Of a stretch of 64,000 nucleotides of DNA, positions 58,334 to 64,000 are shown piece by piece. Made by a program: the position numbers and the translations under genes. Every line of letters begins with the position of its first letter. Position 1 is the first letter of the stretch. Source of the DNA: Oligoflexia bacterium (GTDB lineage: Bacteria; Bdellovibrionota; Bdellovibrionia; JABDDW01). The stretch lies in contig JAYTHU010000231.1 of assembly GCA_043732305.1 (NCBI GenBank), positions 38,339 through 102,338 of the forward strand, given 5' to 3'. A model generated the notes under the pieces. The model was not told the DNA's origin, searched no databases, and was given only the letters and a program-made list of their open reading frames with translations.

Positions 58334-59950
58334 TTATTTCTTATCGTTTTGCGAAAGTTCGTAGTGGCCTTGTGATTTCACCCAATGTTCAATGGAAGCT
58401 TTCGTTTTGTCCAAAAACATGTTTGGAAATAATCCCATCCAAAATATCAAGATCATCAAGGGGACAAGAATTGCGATTTCGCGCACACTCAAATCCAACA
58501 AAGGATGTTTGTGCTTGTGATCAAAATCATGTCTTTTATTGGCTTGAGCTGCAGAATGCAAATCCATATCATTTCCGTGAGCAGTTCCATGGCTGCCTGC
58601 TTCTTCGATTTCCGGAACAAGCTCGCCAGGTTTTCCGAAAAATACTTTCTTATATAGCCAAAGCATGTACACCGCGCCAAGAACAGAGCCCGTGGTGGCA
58701 ATTCCTGCCATAATGGGGCTAGCTTTGAATGCTCCAAATAGGATTAGAAACTCTCCCACAAATCCATTTGTTCCGGGAACGGCAATACTAGAGAGAGTCG
58801 TAATGAAAAAGAAAATCGCGAAAACGGGCATAACTTTTGCGAGTCCACCGTATTTGGAAATGTCGCGCGAGTGAGTACGTTCGTAAATCATTCCAACAAG
58901 TAAGAATAGCGCTCCGGTGCTGACACCGTGATTGAGCATTTGGAAAAGACTTCCGGTTACGCCTTCAACGTTCATGGCAAAAAGTCCGAGCATGCAATAT
59001 CCCAAATGACTTACAGAACTGTAGGCCACTAGCTTTTTCATATCGGGTTGAACCATCGCGACTAGTGAGCCGTAAATAACTCCAATCACCGCCAGCGCTA
59101 TAAAGAGCGGGGCGTACTGTTTTGCAGCATCGTTGAATAGAGGAATGGAAAATCTCAAAAATCCGTATGTTCCCATCTTCAACATCACGCCAGCTAAAAT
59201 CACTGAACCAGGAGTTGGTGCTTGCACGTGGGCATCGGGCAACCAAGTGTGCAGTGGGAAGATAGGTACTTTGATTGCAAAGGCCAATGAAAACGCAAAA
59301 AACATGAGAGTCTGTGGATTAGCAAAATGGTGAGGGTCGAATGGAATATGGAGTTTGTAAAAATCGAGCAGACTAGAGCTCATGGCTCCCATTTGATTTT
59401 TAGTCATGACCATCAGAACGATGATAGCAACCAACATGAAAATAGATCCGACCATCGTGTAGATGAAAAATTTGTAGGCGGCATAAATTCTTTTTTCCCC
59501 ACCCCAAATTCCAACTAGCAAGAACATCGGAACGAGCATCAATTCCCAGAATGAGAAAAACAAAATCGCGTCCATGGATAAAAAAGCCCCGAGCATAGCT
59601 GTTTCAAGAACGAGTAATGCACAATGAAAAGCGGGAATTTTTTTATCAATGCTATTCCAACTGGCCAGAATAATCAAAGGTGTGAGAAAGGTAGTAAGAA
59701 GAATCAGCCAAAGGCTTAATCCATCTAATCCCAAGTAGTAATGAATTCCGAAGCTTGGTATCCAATTGAACTTTTCTACGAATTGAAGATTAACAGTTCC
59801 AGCATCAAAATTTTTCAGTACGATAAGACTTAGGAAAAATTCCGCCAACGCAAAAACTAGCGCGGTGATTCTGACTATTTTTTCTCCCCGAAAAAACAAA
59901 AGCAGTACGCCAATAAGCATCGGAAGAAAAGTTATAAGTGAAAGCAACAT
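58334..59950 (-). CDS. nuoM: NADH-quinone oxidoreductase subunit M
   Basis: GLDGLS, FWELMLVP, IKVPIFPLHTWLPDAHVQAPT, KKLVAYSSVSHLG. Confidence 0.96.
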   Translation of the reverse strand: MLLSLITFLPMLIGVLLLFFRGEKIVRITALVFALAEFFLSLIVLKNFDAGTVNLQFVEKFNWIPSFGIHYYLGLDGLSLWLILLTTFLTPLIILASWNSIDKKIPAFHCALLVLETAMLGAFLSMDAILFFSFWELMLVPMFLLVGIWGGEKRIYAAYKFFIYTMVGSIFMLVAIIVLMVMTKNQMGAMSSSLLDFYKLHIPFDPHHFANPQTLMFFAFSLAFAIKVPIFPLHTWLPDAHVQAPTPGSVILAGVMLKMGTYGFLRFSIPLFNDAAKQYAPLFIALAVIGVIYGSLVAMVQPDMKKLVAYSSVSHLGYCMLGLFAMNVEGVTGSLFQMLNHGVSTGALFLLVGMIYERTHSRDISKYGGLAKVMPVFAIFFFITTLSSIAVPGTNGFVGEFLILFGAFKASPIMAGIATTGSVLGAVYMLWLYKKVFFGKPGELVPEIEEAGSHGTAHGNDMDLHSAAQANKRHDFDHKHKHPLLDLSVREIAILVPLMILIFWMGLFPNMFLDKTKASIEHWVKSQGHYELSQNDKK

Positions 59951-59957
59951 CTTTAAA

Positions 59958-61877
59958 TTACCTCGCCAAAATCATCATCAAAATTCCAATCAATCCAAAC
60001 ACGATGTAAAGCGCGTATTGTTGTACGTTTCCGTTGACCATAAGTCTCAAAGTAGAGCCGGTGCCCCTGACGATATCGCTCAATAAATAAGTCGTGCGAT
60101 CGATGATTTTGACGTCAAAAACTCCCCAAAGCCAGCGACTGCTATTGATAATTGGACGAACTATCGTTAGGCCGTAAAATTCATCGACATAATATTTATT
60201 GAAAATAATTTTATGAATTTTTGAAAAGTTATTTTTAACTTTATCTAAAGCTTCGAATTTTTTAGTGTAAAGAAAGAACGCTGCAAATGCCGAGCAAGCC
60301 GCAAGTGCCACTGAAGTTCCCATAGTAAGCCATTGCTCCAAATTAGAACCTTCGGCTTCCACGTCTTTTACCAAATGGTGCAACCAATGCTCCCAACCAT
60401 TTGGAATTCCAAAACCATGTCCTAAAACTTCAGGCACACCTACCCAACCACCTACGAGAGAGAGCAGAGCTAAAATCATCAAAGGAATAGTCATCACTAG
60501 CGAAGACTCATGAACATGAATGTCTTTGGCCACACGGGATTTACCCCAGAATGTCAAAGCCATCAGTCTAGTCATATAAAACGCGGTCATCGTCGCGCCA
60601 ATAATTCCTGCGAGCCAAAGAAGTTTCGATCCCATCGGTGAGGCAAAGGATCTCCACAAAATTTCATCTTTGGAAAAGAAACCAGAAAACAGTGGAGTGC
60701 CTATAATAGCGAGCCAACCGAATAAGAAAGTGATGTAAGTGATGGGCATTTTTTTAGCCAATCCACCCATTTTCCGAATGTCTTGTTCTTCCTGCATCCC
60801 GTGAATCACGGAACCTGCGCCAAGGAACATCAGAGCCTTGAAAAAAGCATGTGTCATGAGATGAAACATTCCTGCGCTAAATCCACCCACGCCCACGCCC
60901 AAGAACATATAACCCAGTTGACTGACTGTAGAGTAAGCCAAGATTTTTTTGATATCGTTTTGGAAAAGTCCAATGCTTGCTGCAAAAACGACGGTTGCAG
61001 CTCCAACTATTGCTACAATCATCATCGTGTGCGGAGCGGCTATGAAGATGAAGTTCATACGAACCAGCATGTAAACACCAGCGGTAACCATTGTTGCCGC
61101 ATGGATCAAAGCTGAAACGGGAGTAGGACCGGCCATCGCATCCGGAAGCCAAATATAAAGGGGAATTTGCGCTGATTTTCCCGTGGCTCCAATAAATAAA
61201 AACAATGTTGCAATCGTGAGAGGGCCCCAACCTAAATCGGTCGCATAGGTTAAATTCGCAAGCTCATCGAATTGAATAGTGTGAAACAGTGAAAAAATAA
61301 TAAAAAGGCCGACAAGAAATCCTACGTCACCAATTCGATTAACAACAAAGGCCTTCATTCCGGCAGCAGCTTTTTCAGGATCGGAAAACCAGAATCCGAT
61401 CAGGAGGTAAGAACAAAGTCCTACCCCTTCCCATCCGACAAAGAGCAATAGCAAATTGTCTCCAAGAACAAGAATCAGCATATTGAACAAAAACAAGTTT
61501 AGATAAGCAAAGAATTTTGCTGGTTTTGGGTCATGGCCCATGTAGCCAATACTGTATAAGTGGATAAGTGTTCCAACGCCAGTGATGATCATGATCATGA
61601 CAACACTGATATGATCGACCACAAAGCCCATGTCGGATTTAAATTCACCGACACGAATCCAATTGAAGAAAACTACCTTGAAAGATTCGGTCTCACCGCT
61701 ACCTAATAATTTAAGGAACAAAGCGCTCGCACAGATAAAAGAAATGCTGGTCGCAGCCGTTGCGATCACACCTGCGCGGACAGCACTGTGATTATTGAAT
61801 TTGACCAAAAATCCATTGATCAAAAATCCAACAAGCGGAGATAAAATTAAAATGGCAATCAAACAGTTATGAGACAT
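59958..61877 (-). CDS. nuoL: NADH-quinone oxidoreductase subunit L
   Basis: GWEGVGLCSY, GKSAQIPL..WLPDAMAGPTPVSALIHAATMV, THAFFKA. Confidence 0.97.
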   Translation of the reverse strand: MSHNCLIAILILSPLVGFLINGFLVKFNNHSAVRAGVIATAATSISFICASALFLKLLGSGETESFKVVFFNWIRVGEFKSDMGFVVDHISVVMIMIITGVGTLIHLYSIGYMGHDPKPAKFFAYLNLFLFNMLILVLGDNLLLLFVGWEGVGLCSYLLIGFWFSDPEKAAAGMKAFVVNRIGDVGFLVGLFIIFSLFHTIQFDELANLTYATDLGWGPLTIATLFLFIGATGKSAQIPLYIWLPDAMAGPTPVSALIHAATMVTAGVYMLVRMNFIFIAAPHTMMIVAIVGAATVVFAASIGLFQNDIKKILAYSTVSQLGYMFLGVGVGGFSAGMFHLMTHAFFKALMFLGAGSVIHGMQEEQDIRKMGGLAKKMPITYITFLFGWLAIIGTPLFSGFFSKDEILWRSFASPMGSKLLWLAGIIGATMTAFYMTRLMALTFWGKSRVAKDIHVHESSLVMTIPLMILALLSLVGGWVGVPEVLGHGFGIPNGWEHWLHHLVKDVEAEGSNLEQWLTMGTSVALAACSAFAAFFLYTKKFEALDKVKNNFSKIHKIIFNKYYVDEFYGLTIVRPIINSSRWLWGVFDVKIIDRTTYLLSDIVRGTGSTLRLMVNGNVQQYALYIVFGLIGILMMILAR

Positions 61878-61880
61878 TTC

Positions 61881-62189
61881 CTAGCCCTTTAAATTTTCAA
61901 AATGTGAAATGTTAACTTCTTTAAATCGTTTGAACACGGCGACGGCAATAGCCAAACCTATAGAAGCTTCAGCCGCAGCAATGGTCATGACAAAAAACAC
62001 CATGATTTGGCCATCGAGATTGTGCGCATATTTTGCGAAAGCCACAAAGGTCAAATTCACAGCATTAAGCATGATTTCAATACTCATTAATATAACAATG
62101 GCATTTTTGCGAAGCAGAACTCCCAAAGTGCCAATCGAAAATAGAAGTCCACCCAGAGTTAAATAGTGATTAAGGCCTACGGATAACAT
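61881..62189 (-). CDS. nuoK: NADH-quinone oxidoreductase subunit K
   Basis: [25 protein letters not shown]. Confidence 0.96.
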   Translation of the reverse strand: MLSVGLNHYLTLGGLLFSIGTLGVLLRKNAIVILMSIEIMLNAVNLTFVAFAKYAHNLDGQIMVFFVMTIAAAEASIGLAIAVAVFKRFKEVNISHFENLKG

Positions 62190-62850
62190 GATGTGTGCCC
62201 CCTTTTGATTTAGCTAAAGCCACGGCGCCCACGATAGCAACCAAGAGCAAAACACTAAGAATTTCAAATGCAAAAACAAATTTAGAGAACAGTTTCACGC
62301 TTAATTTTTGTGTTTCTGAATAATCTTTGAAAAGATCTTTGCCTGCTTGTTTGTTTTGAGTGATCTCATCCACTTCATCTTTTAGTTCTTCAGGATTAGT
62401 CATGGCATTGGTTGGAGCATTTCCGAGATTTTTAAGAACAACTTGTTGGTTAGCAACTGGAACTTCTGTCGCCATACGAATCATTCCAGCACCATCGTGA
62501 GAGACAAGCCAACCCATTCCCATGAGAATGCCGCAAAGGATTCCTGCACCTGTGATTTTCAAAAAAGTCACGGGGGAGAGTCTTGCCATATCATCCATGT
62601 CTTTTTTCAAATCAAATAACATCATGACCATGGTGAAAAGAACCATAACTGCGCCGGCATAAACTAATATTTGAGCGACAGCCAAGAAGGGGGCATCGAG
62701 CATAAAAAAGAAAGCTCCCAGAACGCTCATAACTAGAGCCAGAAAAAATGCAGAGTAAATTGGGTTCGGCATGAAAACCACCAGCAATGCACTGATCGTG
62801 GCAATCCCAGCAAAGAGATGAAAAAGTATGTCTGATGTTGTAAAGTTCAA
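62170..62850 (-). CDS. nuoJ: NADH-quinone oxidoreductase subunit J
   Basis: [37 protein letters not shown]. Confidence 0.95.
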   Translation of the reverse strand: MNFTTSDILFHLFAGIATISALLVVFMPNPIYSAFFLALVMSVLGAFFFMLDAPFLAVAQILVYAGAVMVLFTMVMMLFDLKKDMDDMARLSPVTFLKITGAGILCGILMGMGWLVSHDGAGMIRMATEVPVANQQVVLKNLGNAPTNAMTNPEELKDEVDEITQNKQAGKDLFKDYSETQKLSVKLFSKFVFAFEILSVLLLVAIVGAVALAKSKGGTHHVIRRP

Positions 62851-62863
62851 AAAAATCTCCTTC

Positions 62864-64000
62864 TTAACCTACTCGTGAAAAATACATCATGACGGTAGTG
62901 ATTAATAAATTCACTAAGGCCCACGGCAATAAAGTTTTCCAACCCAAATCCATCAGCTGGTCGTATCTAAATCTGGGAACCGTCCAGCGAACCCAAACAA
63001 AGAAGAATAACCAGAACCCAGTTTTAATGAGGAAAACAACAAGGTGAGTGAGAGTGGTGAGAATGCTTGCGATATCACCTATCGAAAGCCCATGACCTGA
63101 TAGAAACATCCCTTTGGTCATCCAAAAATTATGAACCATCTCTGGAGAAATAAACGGAATTGTGTAACCACCAAAAAATAGAACAGAGATAAGAGCTGAG
63201 GACGTCATCATGTGAGCGTACTCACCCATAAAAAACATATTGAATTTAAATCCACCGTACTCGGTATGAAAACCTGCGACTAACTCCGCTTCCCCTTCGG
63301 GTAAATCGAAAGGAAGACGATTTGTTTCCGCGAACACAGCTGTCACAAATAGAATAAAGGCGAGCGGCTGAAAGAATATTCCCCAATTTGGAAGAAAACC
63401 AATTTCATGGGTTCTCCCATGCCAGAGAAAACTCAAATGTCCCAACTGTTCGGCCATCATTTGATTGAGACTGAAAGTTTGATAAATCATCAAAACTCCC
63501 ACCACACTCAAGCCCATGGCGATTTCATAGCTAATCATTTGCGATGAAGCTCTGAGAGCTCCCATCATCGAATATTTATTCCCTGAAGCCCAACCCGCGG
63601 ATAGAATTCCGTAAACACCTAAAGAGGCTACGGCAAAAATGTAAACGATCCCCATGTTGATATCAGCAATTTGAAGTTTGAAGGTATGACCCATGACAGT
63701 GACGGGAGTTGAAAGTGGAATCGCCGCGAAAGCAAGCGCCGCAGGAAGTAGGCTTAAACCAGGCGCCATAAAATAAAGCGCTTTTTCAGCATGCGAAGGA
63801 ACAAATTCTTCTTTGAAAATAAATTTGATGGCATCAGCTGCCAATTGCAAAAGTCCTAAAGGTCCAACTCGATTTGGCCCTAAGCGATTTTGCATAAAAG
63901 CAGATCCGCGGCGCTCAACCCAAACGAGCAGTGGGACAGTGCTGATAATTGAAACAAAAATGACAGCAATTTTTATCGTGTTAATGAAAACTTCAATAAG
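62864..64000 (-). CDS. nuoH: NADH-quinone oxidoreductase subunit H (5' end off window)
   Basis: The frame is open to the window edge: ...[57 protein letters not shown]. Confidence 0.96.
   Translation of the reverse strand, partial: LIEVFINTIKIAVIFVSIISTVPLLVWVERRGSAFMQNRLGPNRVGPLGLLQLAADAIKFIFKEEFVPSHAEKALYFMAPGLSLLPAALAFAAIPLSTPVTVMGHTFKLQIADINMGIVYIFAVASLGVYGILSAGWASGNKYSMMGALRASSQMISYEIAMGLSVVGVLMIYQTFSLNQMMAEQLGHLSFLWHGRTHEIGFLPNWGIFFQPLAFILFVTAVFAETNRLPFDLPEGEAELVAGFHTEYGGFKFNMFFMGEYAHMMTSSALISVLFFGGYTIPFISPEMVHNFWMTKGMFLSGHGLSIGDIASILTTLTHLVVFLIKTGFWLFFFVWVRWTVPRFRYDQLMDLGWKTLLPWALVNLLITTVMMYFSRVG

Overview
This is a bacterial chromosomal segment, almost certainly from a Bdellovibrionota (Bdellovibrio-like) genome. 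The evidence is a near-identical orthologue of the B. bacteriovorus histone Bd0055, a Bdellovibrio-style type IV pilin and several sigma-54-type promoters. The right two-thirds (about 27.7-64 kb) is mostly housekeeping: rlmL-like, serS, TPR proteins, HIT, murA-prmC-prfA-rpmE-rho, ppx, asmA, gatCAB, ligA, histone, phhB and nuoH/J/K/L/M/N. The left part (1-27.7 kb) is accessory: hemerythrin, a triple-PAS hybrid kinase pair, an MprF-transferase/rhomboid fusion facing a degenerate Lgt and a START-like protein, ogt, a GNAT pseudogene, pilin, a DUF2779 nuclease, rcnRA, USP, cls/ybhP, and an AT-rich islet downstream of tRNA-Ser(TGA). The best candidate for an undescribed system is in that islet (minus strand, 24.5-22.0 kb). 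A sigma-54 promoter with upstream palindromes precedes an unannotated 17-aa peptide (MKKIKWSYKTGNPTSYK) with a perfect Shine-Dalgarno. A hairpin follows, then tightly coupled genes for a GRDP/DUF1399-like His-rich protein, a TauD-type Fe/2OG dioxygenase and an MFS exporter, which is a RiPP-like architecture. A second unannotated sigma-54 unit (33.77-34.04 kb) encodes a 40-aa signal-peptide-like protein with a C-rich terminator, next to a secreted SelO-like protein. No CRISPR array, rRNA, integrase or transposase was seen. All family calls come from motif recognition by eye, not database searches.
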